Positions 14,491 to 26,330 of a stretch of 64,000 nucleotides of DNA are shown here, one piece after another. Positions within the stretch are counted from its first letter, which is position 1, and each line of letters begins with the position of its first letter. The DNA comes from the human T2T-CHM13v2.0 reference genome, Homo sapiens: assembly GCF_009914755.1 (NCBI RefSeq), contig NC_060927.1; one strand, given 5' to 3'. The notes below the pieces were generated by a model. It was not told where the DNA came from, did not search any database, and worked only from the letters and a program-made list of their open reading frames with translations. A program made the translations under genes and the position numbers.

Positions 14491-16989
14491 CATTCTCCAA
14501 GAATAAGAAAACCAGCCCCCCTTATGTTTCAATAGATGTGTGTATCAGCTCAAGCCCCTGACCCCACTAAACTGCTGCACAGGTGGGACACCCTCTTCAC
14601 AGGGGACTTGACACCAGATGGCCACTGCCCTAATTTGATAACCCCCACCTCAATGGGGGCCAAAGGTTTTCGATAGGCCCAAATCCGGCTGCCTTCTAGG
14701 AAGGGAACAAAAGAAAGAAGGAGGAGGGAGATATGGAACAACGCCATTGATTTAAAAAAGAATATTAATACTGTTTCCAGTTATGCACACAAAAAACCTA
14801 AGAGTCAAACCTCTCTGACTGCTAATCTGTCCCACCACAGACATTTCCTAGTAAACAATTCAAAGTCAATAGTTCCTTTTTTGCCATGTAGGCTCTGTAA
14901 GGAGCTTTGTGTGGGATGACTAATATAGAAATAAAGCATATCATTCTCCCAAGAGTCCTCAAAATGCTTAAGAGCACAAATGGTGGGGGAGGGTAAATTA
15001 CATCCAAATTTATTATAATCTGGCAAATCATCTGATTTGAATATACTAATTACATGAAAATCAATTTGTTCCAATGGTTTTCAATTACATCTAGCAACAA
15101 CAGGGGGAAGGGAGAGTACAAGGGGTTCCCTTTAGAGCCATAATTGGGCAGCTATAATTAACTACACACCACATAAAGGGCCCTTCATTACATAATTATG
15201 TTTGCAATTATTCCTCTTGCTCTTTGATTTTAAGTGAGAAAGCACAACTGTCAGAAAGTAAAGTGGTAAACATGAAAGTTAGGCTTCGAAAATGGGTTTG
15301 GGATTTACAATGTTTAGGGGGTAAATAGGTAGTACAGTTTTGTTTTGTTTTTTGAAACAAATAGGAACCTTAGACACTCTTGGTCAACTAATTAGCACAA
15401 ATTAAAAGAAAATCCGTTTGAGGTGTGTGTCTACTTACAAACCACCTGTTTTCCCTCTTTCTTAGTTTTTTAAATGAAACAAGTAGCTCTCGTTTAAAGT
15501 GAACCAGACAGTTCCCCAGTGCGATTGTCTCCTGAGAGAGGAGAAACGAGATTCTTCAAGAAAATGAAAATGTTTCATGCCTCCGTTTTATCTTCTGAAA
15601 GGTTACTTTTAAAAGTTAACTCCTAAAGAGAAACAGATGTGTCCAGAAATTAAGTATTCCAAGCCAGACCAGGAGAAATTCTCTGTGCCTGGTATAGAAG
15701 TGGAAGAGGTAGCTTTAGTTGCTAAAATAATCTTACAGGAATTACTTTTATGGGGGGATGGAGGGGGGCTCAGGAGAGCGAGGAATGGGGCTAGGACAGA
15801 GTTTTTCATCTAGTTTTGTTTTCAGTCACAGTGAAACCTTGGCAGACTGTGTTGAGACAAAACACCTGCCTCTTTGTATTGATAGTTCTACCATGATACA
15901 TTAGTAAATGTATAGAACAAACATGGTTTCTGTCTGTTATTTGTTTTGCTTTTCTGAGAAAATGAGGTTGATTGCAAATATGTCTTCTTTTTATTCTGGA
16001 GATATTTTGTTGTTTTTAGCTAATGCCTCCTAGAAAATCAGACCACCATTTTCACTGGAATTCTGGTCATTTTCAAATGAGATACCTTGAAATCTAATTC
16101 AAAAATATATATGTATGACAAAATAATGAGAAAAAATACAAAAACCAAGAATCTGAATGATTATGCATAATTCTTTTCTAACTGCATCCAACAGAAACAG
16201 CCACGTGTAATCTACTTCCTCATATAAGACATGGCACAAAAGAAAAGCAATAATAATTCATTCAATAACATTTTCAGAGATCTTTTTCGCCTATCTCTTT
16301 ATATGTAGGCATTCCCAGAGATCTCATATGCTTTTCTCTACCTCTTGGTTTCTTTCTGCCACTCTGCCTCTCTTGTCTCACAGTTGAGCTCACTTCCATT
16401 TATTGGGTTTCAACTGCACATTGCTTATTTCTGAATTACAGTGGCTTCTTTTTTGAGTCCAAACATACCCAATGTAAGTTCCCTTCAGGAAAGTGCATCT
16501 TTTTCTATATTCACCAAGAATGGAGACCTCTAGCTTAAGTTTTATTTTCCATACATCTCCTGTCAATTTCTATAAAATTTTCCAAAACTCTTTCTGCAGC
16601 CTTTTTAGATGATTTCCACTCTTCTTGCCCCAAGTCTTAATCATCTCAATCAAGAGTACTTACTATCTTCTCTAACTTATTTCTACCTACAACTTGTGTT
16701 GTAGTCAAGGTTTTCAGATTTTCCAGGCCACAATCTTTTCATCACTGAAATGGGCTTCATAGTAACTCTCTATATTACATATAAATGCAATCAGATTCAA
16801 GAAAGCCATTTGCTTATGCAATTGTGGAGTTAGTTGTTCCCACAACTCATCTCCCAGTTGCCAAATCATCCTTCATATAGTTGAGAGGTTTGTTTTCCCT
16901 AAAGGACTAATATGCTTTTTTTCCCCCAATTGTCAAAAGAATCCTAATTTCATGCTAAGGACAGACCACACCATGCTTTTCCACAGCAT

Positions 16990-17364
16990 TGATAGGGTTT
17001 GGCTGTGTCCCCACCCAAATCTCATCTTGAATTGTAGTTCCCATAATCCTCATGTGTCGTGGGAGGGACGTGGAGGGAGGTAATTTAATCATGGGGGTGG
17101 TTACCCTCATGCTGTTCTCATGATAGTGAGTATGTTCTCTTGATATCTGATGGTTCTATAGGAGGCTTTCCCCCTTTTGCTCGGCAGTTCTCCTTGCTGC
17201 TGCCATGTGAAGAAAGACACGTTTGCGTCCCCTTCCACCATGACTTTAAGTGTCCTAGGGCCTCCCTAGCCATGCTGAACTGTAAGTCAATTAAATCTCT
17301 TTCCTTCATAAATTACCCAGTCTTAAGTATGTCTTTTCTAACAGTGTGAGAATGGACTAATCCA
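16990..17364 (+). mobile_element. THE1 (C/D-like) MaLR solo LTR
   Basis: TGATAGGGTTTGGCTGTGTCCCCACCCAAATCTCATCTTGAATTGTAG...GAGAATGGACTAATCCA; 5-bp TSD AGCAT at 16985-16989 and 17365-17369. Confidence 0.93.
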
Positions 17365-17399
17365 AGCATAATCTAGTTAATCTTTCCAAGCATTCTGCA

Positions 17400-17830
17400 C
17401 TTCAGGTTCAACAAATAACTAGCTTGCTGAGCATCTTTCCTATCAATTTTCTTGTTCCATCTAGAATGTCTTTCATTCCAACCCCTGCTCTGTTGACATC
17501 TCATCTATCTGTGTGTATGTATCCTTCAACCTCCAGCTCAAAAGATAACTCCACTATAACTTTTTCTACCTTTGAGCACAGGTGATCACTCATTTTTCTG
17601 TATTCTCATAATGTATCAAATATACCTTTATTTAAGTCTAATATTAAGTTAAACAGAAGCTAATGTTATATAAAATTAAAATATATATTATACTGTAATA
17701 TGAAATATACTATTTATATTTCCTACTTGGTTCTAAGCTTCTTAGGAGAAGTAATCCTGACTCATTCACCAAGCTATTATCCACAAAACATTGCACATTT
17801 AGGCACTCAGTAAATATCTGCTGAATCATT
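17400..17830 (+). mobile_element. L2 3' fragments
   Basis: CTAGAATGTCTTTC..TCCTTCAACCTCCAGCTCAAAAG and AGGCACTCAGTAAATATCTGCTGAAT, typical of the L2 3' end. Confidence 0.55.
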
Positions 17831-18399
17831 AATATTTTATACATTTTCAAAAATGGTAATATGGAATTCAAATAGTACCTGTCTTGTGTTTCTAAGAGCA
17901 AGAAAAACATGAAACAAATATGCTTGCAAGTTAATTAACTTATATTATTTTTGAAGCCTGGATGGCACTTTCATCATTATCATTGTTATATTTGGAACAA
18001 ATAATCTTTATTGAGTGCTTAAAATGTGCCAGGTATGCACTAAGTGCTTTTCATATTTACATCATTAAAATATGAATGATAGTTCGATAACCAAGAAATA
18101 AATAAAAGCTATCTATAACTTTGCCACAGTGTCTCTGAAAGAAATGCTGAAGTATATTTATAATGAAAACTAAAAAATTCCTTTTTTCCCACAATTTCAC
18201 TCTTAGTATCTAACATAACCCCTGAAGTTGCTCCCCAAATATTTTCCTCCCCCAGTATAAGCTCTAACATCCATCCCTTCCAGTCAACCCAAGCAAGCTC
18301 CCTCATCAGTTTTATCTTTATTCCCTACCTGTGTGATCTTGTGCAAGTTATTTAAACCCACTGTGACACAATTTTCTCATCTGTGGAGTGAGAATGGCT

Positions 18400-18848
18400 A
18401 CCAATGGTATTTAGCAATGAACTCAGCTGCTAAAAAGATAATCTATTGCTTAAACAAGTCTGGGTATCAATTTCTCATGTAACAAGTCTGATGGTAGATG
18501 GTAGCTGGCCTTGGTTTGGGGACTCAATAATGCCAGGGCCTCTGCTCTGTAATTTTCTGGGCCATTCACTCATTTTCACAGGGGGCTGCTTCAGCTTCAG
18601 TCACCATGTCCATATTTAAGGCCAGGGAAGGGGAAGCAGAGGATGCAGTTGCATGGGTAACTAATGTGAAAGCTTTCCCCGAATCCCCCTACTGATGCCC
18701 ACTGGCACTCATTGTCCAAAACCACTGCATGGGAAACTCAGAAGGTGAACAACCACTGGAACACCACCCAAAACAAAACTAGTTGTTCTTAATGTGGAAA
18801 CAGGGGCCAATGGGATATTGGATAGACAACTAGTAGTGTCTCCCATAC
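18400..18848 (-). mobile_element. MLT1J/K-like MaLR LTR inserted in a MIR (MIR pieces ~18325-18399 and ~18849-18930)
   Basis: GCTTAAACAAG...TTTCTCATGTAACAAGTCTG...GGATATTGGATAGACAACTAGTAGTGTCTCCCA, with MIR core TGTGTGATCTTGTGCAAGTTATTTAAACC upstream. Confidence 0.6.
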
Positions 18849-19724
18849 TACCTTCAGTATTGTCATGAAGGCAAACGAGCTAATTCTCATGCTGAGTATT
18901 TATCAGAATGCCTGGCAAATGTTAAATATCCTCTTCTTTACCTGCTTTCAGTTACACTTAGTTTTCTACCATAAGTAATTTTCTACTCTTCTAAATATAG
19001 ACCTGCCCCCTAATCTGTTTCCCTGGTTCACCCCTCATTCTTTACCACCATGCCCAGTAAGGCCTAGAAGTTATAGGATCTGGCACAGAGTCCTAAAGGT
19101 CCTCCTTTACTAGGAAGAGCAAAGCAAACTTTAGAGACTGTTATTGTTTTGTTCCTGTAACACACTCAAAGGAAAAAATAAAAAAAGGCCTAGGAACAAG
19201 CCATTTAAAATGCTCATTTATTTAATAACTTTAGCTAGCAGATCAGACTTAAAATTTGTTCTTCCCCAGTGGCAAGGTGAGGTAAAAATGTACATAATAA
19301 GACATATTAAGGTCATCAGCAGAGCTTCTAAACTTTGAAAATAAAAGCTTTTTGAAGTCTATAATTAATAAGCACTATATTAATTAGGGCACTTCAATCT
19401 TAGAGGTTCCCCTTCCTTAACTTGAGTGAATCTTTGATATCGAAGAGCAGGGGAATTCTCCTTCACTATTTTTCATTGTAAATTCCAGTTAAGCAAAACA
19501 GTCGTCTGTCACTACGTGATGGGCTTATTATTCAAATCTCACTCTTTTAATAAAATTAGATTATCCAGTGTCATCAACTAAAAACAAATCTGTAATTTTC
19601 CAAGGCCATGTCTCCCTTTTTCATTCAGAATTGAGGCCACGTGATTCTCATCTGTGGAAACAACATAATGCCAGGCATTAGGATCATCCTTGTACCTAAG
19701 GGAAATTTAAGAACCCCTAGCTAG

Positions 19725-20028
19725 GGCCATACATGGTGGGTCATACCTGTAATCCTAGCACTCTGGGAGGCCAAGGCAGGAGGATAACTTGAGGCCGGGA
19801 GTTTGAGAATGGCCTGGGCAACAAAGCAAGACTCCATCTCTACAAAACATTGAAAATATTAGCTGAACAGGGTGGCTTGTGCCTGCAGTCCCAGCTACTT
19901 GGGAGGCTGAGGTAGAAGGATTGTTTGAGCCCAGGTGTTCAAGGATGCAGTGACCTATGATTATGCCACTGTGCTCCAGCCTGGGTGACAGAGTGAGACA
20001 CTGGCTCAAAAACAAACAACAACAAAAA
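19725..20028 (+). mobile_element. AluJ
   Basis: J-type GGAGGATAACTTGAGGCCGGGAGTTTGAG and GCAGTGACCTATGATT; TSD core CCCTAGCTA on both sides. Confidence 0.92.
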
Positions 20029-20224
20029 CCCTAGCTAAATATACAAATAACCCACAATCAATTGAAATATGCTGATAATATGGTTATGATCTCAATCAGA
20101 TAACTAAGTTTTGGTCTTATTCCTCAGACCAAAGCTCCACCTCATAAAGAGTTCAAAAAACTGTCTCATTTTTGATGTTTCTTTCATTCAGGAATCACAG
20201 TTTTGCTAACCTACCTAGAAATAA

Positions 20225-20227
<3 letters not shown>

Positions 20228-20269
<42 letters not shown>

Positions 20270-20293
20270 ATCTGGGTGTGTGTGTGTGTGTGT
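20228..20293. repeat. (TG)n microsatellite, interrupted
   Basis: Two TG runs separated by AGATCTGG. Confidence 0.97.
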
Positions 20294-20746
20294 CCAGTCC
20301 ATCTATTTACCAGTTTAGCCATAGGAATGGAATCCTGCCATTCAACCCCAGCCCTGCTACCTACTGCTGAACATCTCAGAGGCCAAGAACTAGCTTATAG
20401 ACTTTATGGCTGGCTTTCACCAAAGCAGCTAATTCAGACTCATCATCCCATTGTGAACAAATTTAAAAACTGAAGTCATACATCAAATGACTGTTTGAAG
20501 GCATAGGACAGCAAACAACACAAGGTTATAAATTCTTGAGCGAAGAGAAACATAGCTTTCTTCTGCAGATATTTTCTGAAACCAAACCACAGCAGATAGA
20601 ACACAAAAAGAAGCAGTCTTGTTGAGTGGAGGAAACAGATTAGAATTAGGAGAGCTAGAGTGACTAGCAGCTGGGAAGGCATGCTACTAGTGGGGAAAAT
20701 AGGACAAAGAAGGATTAACGAAAACATTTGTAAAGTTTCACTTTGA

Positions 20747-21050
20747 GGCTGATCATGGTGGCTCACACCTGTAATTCCAGCACTTTGGGAGGCCGAGGTG
20801 GGCAGATTGCTTGAGCCCAGGAGTATGAGGCCAGCCTGGGCAACATGGTGAAACTTCTCTCCACAAAAAACACAAATATTAGCTGGTTATGGTGGTGCAC
20901 ACTACCAGCTACTCGGGAGGCTGAGGTGGTAGGATCGCTTAAGGCCAGTGGGGCAGAGGTTGCAGTGAGCTGAGATTGCACCACTGCATTCCAGCCTGGA
21001 GCACAGAGTGAGACCCCGGCTCCAAAAAACAAAAAGCAAAACAAAACTAA
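20747..21050 (+). mobile_element. AluJb-like element
   Basis: Dimeric Alu with (CAAAA)-type tail; TSD core TTCACTTTG on both sides. Confidence 0.9.
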
Positions 21051-21069
21051 AATTCACTTTGTTTTAATT

Positions 21070-21785
21070 AACTCCGGAAGTATATATGTACAGTGGAAGA
21101 TTCTCAAAAGACACAGCATTCACAATGTGAAAAACAATAAAACTTACTGTATGTGCAATGAAGCATGAGTCAATAGGTTTTATATGAGACAGCAGAAGAG
21201 AAGATTAGTCAGCTCAATGACAGGTCACTAGAAATATACCAACTGAAACCTGATGAGAAAAAAAATTGGAAAAATGTGAAAGAAACAATACAAGAGACGT
21301 GGGACACAGTGTAATTTTCAAACATATAATCAGAATGCAAAAACGAGAAGAAAAAGAACAACAGAAGTATTTGAAAATAATAGCTGAAAATATTCCAAAC
21401 ACAATATTGGCAGCGCAAGTTGCAAAAAGCTCAGTAAAACACATGCAAGATAAAACCAAAGGAAACCATACATAGGCACCTCATAGTGAAATTGCTGAAA
21501 ACCAAACATAAAGGGAAAAGTCCTAAAAGTATCCGAAGGAATAAAGGAGGACACATTACTTTCAGGGAACCACAATGATAATTACAGCTTCTCAACACAA
21601 TTATGGCGAAAAAAAGACAAAAAAAACTACAATTCAAAATAACAAAAGCAAAAAATGCCAACATACAATAAAAACATCAATCAAAAATGAAGGTGAAATA
21701 AAACTCTATCAAACAAAAGCTGAAAGTGCAGAAAAGCCCTAGAAATGTACATATTGGGGTAAATATACAAGTTCTTAGACTGTCT
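21070..21785 (+). mobile_element. Old L1M(E) ORF1-region fragment
   Basis: GAAAATAATAGCTGAAAATATTCCAAA, AAATTGCTGAAAACCAAA and AAAAATGAAGGTGAAATAAAA are L1M ORF1 hallmarks. Confidence 0.7.
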
Positions 21786-21789
21786 AAAA

Positions 21790-22350
21790 TGGAGGTCTGC
21801 AAGATTTTTTTATAGCAAATACTTCAAGCTTCACAGACTACACAGTCTCTGTCACAACTACTCAACCACTGCCACTGTAGTGTGAAAACAGCCATGGACG
21901 ACGCAGAAATAAACAGGCATGGGTGTTTTCTTAGTCCATTTGGGCGGCTACAACAAATATCTGACACTGGGTAATTAATTAAGAATAGAAATGTATTTTC
22001 TCACAGTTCTGGAGGTTTGGAAGTCCAAAATCAAGGCACCCACACGTTCGGTTGTCTGATGAGGGAATGCATCTTCTGGAAGGGAGGAACACCAAATCCT
22101 AACACGGCAGAAGGTGGAAGGGCAAGCTAACCAAATGCACACAGCCTTTTAAAATAAGGGCCTTAATCCCATTCAGGAGAGAGGCGCCCTCATGGCCTAA
22201 TCACCTCTTAAAGGCCCCAGCTGTTAATATTATCACATTGGCAACACCTGAATTTTTGGTGAGGACACATTTAAATCACAGCAGCTGTGTTCCAATAAAA
22301 CTTTACTAATAAAAAGCAGGCTGGCAAGCCTCTTGTTTGCCAATTCCTCA
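21790..22350 (+). mobile_element. MER58A hAT MITE split by a MaLR LTR
   Basis: CAGTCTCTGTCACAACTACTCAACCACTGCCACTGTAGTGTGAAAACAGCCATGGAC, then resumes GCTGTGTTCCAATAAAACTTTA at 22284. Confidence 0.85.
21927..22283 (-). mobile_element. MLT1A/MSTD-like MaLR solo LTR
   Basis: CTTAGTCCATTTGGGCGGCTACAACAAA..TTCTCACAGTTCTGGAGG..GCCCTCATGGCCTAATCACCTCTTAAAGGCCCC; imperfect TSD GGTGT/GCTGT. Confidence 0.85.
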
Positions 22351-22622
22351 TTTAAAGTAACAATGTTTTGTTGAGCTGTTGACAAGTAGAGATAAAATCT
22401 ATAACAAAAATAGCAAAAAAAAAGGTGAGAGAGGATAAATGGAATAAATTGCTATAATGTTCAAACACTGATTGGCATGTGGAAAACATAAATTTCAAGT
22501 AGATTATAATAAAGGCATTTTGTAATTTCTACGGTCATACAAAAATGTTAACAAACATTCTATCAGAAGTGATAAAATAACAAAAAAGATCGACTACTAT
22601 AAAACAATGCAACATAGAAGGT

Positions 22623-23000
22623 TGTATTAGTTAACTTTGTACAAACTTTAGTGGCTTAAAACAACTGTTTTATTTAGCTTATGATTTCTTTGGTTTGGCT
22701 TGTGTGGCCATCTGGTCTGGACTGCCTAAGCTGGTAGCTGCTGGGATCTCTCATTGACTGTCATCATCTGATGAATTTGCTAGGTCTTTATGACACAGAT
22801 TGTCCTCAACTCACATGTGTGGCTGGTGGCCAAGCTGGTTTAGAGGAAGCCTCACTAAGGTGGCACCTCTCTGCTCTATGTGGTCTCTGATTCCCAGGAG
22901 GCTAGTCCACTTCTTCACACAGCAGTCTCAAGATTCAAATGAGACTTTTAAAGTCTCTGCTAGATAAAATTTGCTATATTCTCAATGGCCAAAGCAAAAA
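22623..23000 (-). mobile_element. MLT1G/H-like MaLR LTR fragment
   Basis: TGTATTAGTT...TTAGTGGCTTAAAACAACTGTTTTATTTAGCTTATGATTTC. Confidence 0.65.
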
Positions 23001-23083
23001 GAATTTTTTAAATAATATTTTAAAAATAGATTATATTTGACAAAAAGAATACAAATAATGTTTAATAGCTGAATTAACCATGA

Positions 23084-23387
23084 TTGAAAATAATAGCTGA
23101 GAATATCCCAAATTTAATTAAAATCAGCAGCACAAGTTCCAAAAAGCTCAGTAAAACACAAGCAGGATAAATACAAAGAAAACCCCATATAGGCACATCA
23201 TAGTCAAATTGCTGAAAAGCAAATATAAAGAGAAAAGTCCTGAAAGAATCCTAAGGAATAAAGGAGGACACATTACTTTCAGGCAACCGCAATGATAATG
23301 ACTGCTTCTCAACACGAATTATAAAAACACAAAAATAAGATAATGACAATTCAAAATAATGAAAGCAAAAAATGCCAACATAGAATA
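23084..23387 (+). repeat. Second copy of the L1M ORF1 segment at 21371-21670
   Basis: Collinear with 21371-21670, including the identical block AAGGAATAAAGGAGGACACATTACTTTCAGG. Confidence 0.85.
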
Positions 23388-23535
23388 GTCTTAAACCATA
23401 CTGCACCAGTAGTCACATTACTAAAGTATAAGCTTTATCCAACCAAGAAATGACTGAGGAAATTACAGCAGATGGAGTGATACTGAGTATTTTATATATT
23501 TAGTTGTAGGGCTAAGACTAAAGTAAGAAAGTGGT

Positions 23536-23900
23536 TGTATTAGTTCAGGATCCTCCATGTGTTCAGCTCTCTGAACCTTGTCCTCATGGATTTTTAATGG
23601 AAGCTTCATGACTTTAACATTCCTTTCCCCAGGGTAAGGGTGGGACCCTCTCATGGCAGGGTCTTAAACTCCACAAAGAGAAAGGCAGGAGAACATTAGA
23701 GTCCTGCATTGGAGCAGGTGAAAGAAAGGCAGGAGTACATTAGAGTCCTGCATTGGAGCAGGTGAAAGAAAGACAGGAAGAAGGTCAGAGGCTATCCCTG
23801 AGGCCTAACGCACCCAACATTCTAATAAAAGACTGTAATCAGGGCTATGGGAGTTATGAGTGAGGAGCTAGGGACAAAATCCAATATATATAACACCACA
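23536..23900 (-). mobile_element. MER21-like ERV LTR fragment with a 44-bp tandem duplication
   Basis: CCTCCATGTGTTCAGCTCTCTGAACC, CCCTGAGGCCTAACGCACCCAACATTCTAATAAAAGACTGTAATCAGGGCTATGGGAGTTATGAG and terminal AACACCACA. Confidence 0.75.
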
Positions 23901-23904
23901 ATAA

Positions 23905-24845
23905 TACACACAGTTATTACCAACATAAGACAGAATATAGACAGAATTGAGGCTAAGCAGTTTTAGAAAAAAAGAGGACCCAAAAATATACAAAATAAGA
24001 AATGGCAAAGAGAAATAACTATGAATACAGAGGAAATTTTTAAATCATGAAAAGACTATTTTGTACACCTTTGTGCAAATATATTTGAAAATCTAGATGA
24101 AATACAATATTTCTTAGAAAAATACAGTTTAACAACTTTCCATAGAAGAAAAAGATAGTACCCATAGTAGATAAATTCTTAGAGAATACAGAATAGAAAG
24201 GAAAACATCCAAATTGTTTGTATGAAAATGTTATAACATTAATAGGTAAACCTGATAAAGAAAGCACAGAAAAAGAAACTATAGATGACAACCAGTTATG
24301 AATAAAATAGCAAAGTCAAAATCTTAAATGAAATATCAGTATCTCAGCATTATCACACATTAGGAAAACAATACAAATGGCCAAGTTGGTTTTATATCAG
24401 AAATGAAAGGAAGGTTCCAAGTTAGGGAATTTATCAATATGATTTACCATATTAATTGACCTTCTGGGAAAATGTAGGCTTATCTCCATGAATGCTGAAA
24501 AATATTTCAGTAACATAAAATGCCTGTTATTAATAAACCTCTGCAGAAAATATGAATGGTTGAATATATCTAAAACATGGTTAAATACGTACAACATGGT
24601 TAAAAACTAACAGTTGAGGACTGTTAGTACCTGAACACTAAACATCGTATTTAATCTGAAAACACTAAAGTCATTCCCACTAAGGCCAGGGACAGGGAAA
24701 AGATGAGGGCACTGTGTCCACTACTATATAATATTATTCTGGAGGTGGTATCCAAAGCAATTATAAAATAGGTAACAATTAGAGGCATAAGAATTAGAAA
24801 ATAAAAATAATAAAATGAATCTCTATTTGCAAATGCCATGATAGA
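23905..24845 (+). mobile_element. Old L1M ORF2 fragment
   Basis: GCAAATATATTTGAAAATCTAGATGAAAT, GAATGCTGAAAAATATTT and CTCTATTTGCAAATGCCATGATAG (degenerate LFADDM). Confidence 0.75.
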
Positions 24846-24915
24846 CCTTTAGATAAGAATTATATTGAGATCAAGATCTATTGCACAGCATGGGGACTAT
24901 AATTAATAACAACGT

Positions 24916-25419
24916 ACAGTCATTCATTATTTCACGATGGGCATATATTCTGAGAAATGCATCCTTAGGCGATTTTGTCATTGTGCAAAAATCACTGAGC
25001 GTACTTACACAAACCTAGATGGTGTAGCTTGATACACACTTAGGCGGTAAGGTATAGTCTATTGCTCCTAGGCTACAAACCAGTACAGTATGACACCATA
25101 CTGAATGCTGTAGGGATTTGCAACACCATGATAAGTGTTTGTACATCTTAACATAGAAAAGGTGCAGTTAAAAATATGGTATAAAAGATAAAAAATGGTA
25201 CACATATATAGGGCACTTACCATGAATGGGGCTTGCAGGACTGGAAGTCACTGGGTGACTCAGGGAGTGAGTGAAGAGTAAGCATGAAGGCCTAACACAT
25301 TACTGTACACTATGATAGAATTGATGCACTATACACTTAGAATATACTACATTTATTTTTTAAAAAATTTTTCTTTAATAATAAATTAACCTTAGCTTAC
25401 TGTAACTTGTCTACTCTAT
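24916..25419 (+). mobile_element. Tigger3 (Golem)-type TcMar element, partial
   Basis: TA|CAGTCAT..ATTCTGAGAAATGCATCCTTAGGCGATTTTGTCATTGTGCAAAAATCACTGAGCGTACTTACACAAACCTAGATGG. Confidence 0.85.
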
Positions 25420-25832
25420 TAAGTGCCTCAACTTACAGTGGGGTTACATCCAGATAAACCCAATTTAGGTTGAAAATATCATAAATTAAAAATGCATTGA
25501 ATACATCTAACCTCCTGAACGTCATAGCTGAGCCCAACCTACTCTGGCTGGGCTGTGCTCAGAACTCTAACAGCCGTCATTTGGACAAAACCACTGGGCA
25601 ACACAGTACACTGGACAGTGTCTATTGTTCACTCTCGTGATGCTGTGGCTGACTGGCAGCTGCAGCTCTCTGCCGCTGTGCAGCACCACAAGACAGCACT
25701 GAACCATGTATCACCAACCTGGGAAAAGATCCAAATTCAAAATTCCAAGTATGGTTTCATGCGTATTGCCTTCGCACTTTCTTAAATTTGAAAAATCGTA
25801 AGTCAAAATATCCTAAGTTGAGGGCTGTTTGT
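25420..25832 (+). mobile_element. MER47B/Tigger5-type TcMar element
   Basis: CCTCAACTTACAGTGGGGTTACATCCAGATAAACCC...GGGAAAAGATCCAAATTCAAAATTCCAAGTATGG...TAAGTTGAGGG; termini are inverted repeats (CCTCAACTTA/TAAGTTGAGG). Confidence 0.8.
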
Positions 25833-25834
25833 AT

Positions 25835-26330
25835 TCAAAATGAAGAAGAGTTAAATTCAGGAATGTTAGGTTCTAACTCATATATAGCTAGAAAAGAATA
25901 GCAAATTAAACCTAAAGAAAGTAGAAAGAGGAAATATGATCTATATTTAAGAGCATAAATCCATGAAATAGAATATACATGTATAACAGGAAAAAGCAAC
26001 AAACCTAAAAGTTAGTTCTTTGAAAATATTATAAAATTGCCATACTCCAAGCAAGGATAAGAGAGATAATATAAATTACACACATCTGCAACGAAAAAGA
26101 AACAAAACATTACCATAGAGCCTACTGACTTTAAAAAGAGTAAGAACACACTAGAAATCGCTGTGGAGGTGGCATGAGGAAACATTCTGGGATAACTGAC
26201 ATGTTTAATATTATGGTCTGGAAAGGAGTTCAAAGGGTGTATACATATGTAAAATATTTTCAAACCCTAGAATTCAGGCTTGTACACTTTCCTGGATATA
26301 AGTTAGACCTCAATTATTTTAAAAAGGGAA
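25835..26330 (+). mobile_element. Old L1M fragments (ORF2 plus L1ME-type 3' end)
   Basis: AAATTAAACCTAAAGAAAGTAGAAAGAGG, GTTAGTTCTTTGAAAA and GGCATGAGGAAACATTCTGGGATAA. Confidence 0.6.

Noticed and set aside
23679-23778. Direct repeats as a CRISPR-like array
   Set aside because: Only two adjacent units with no spacers, inside a mammalian LTR.
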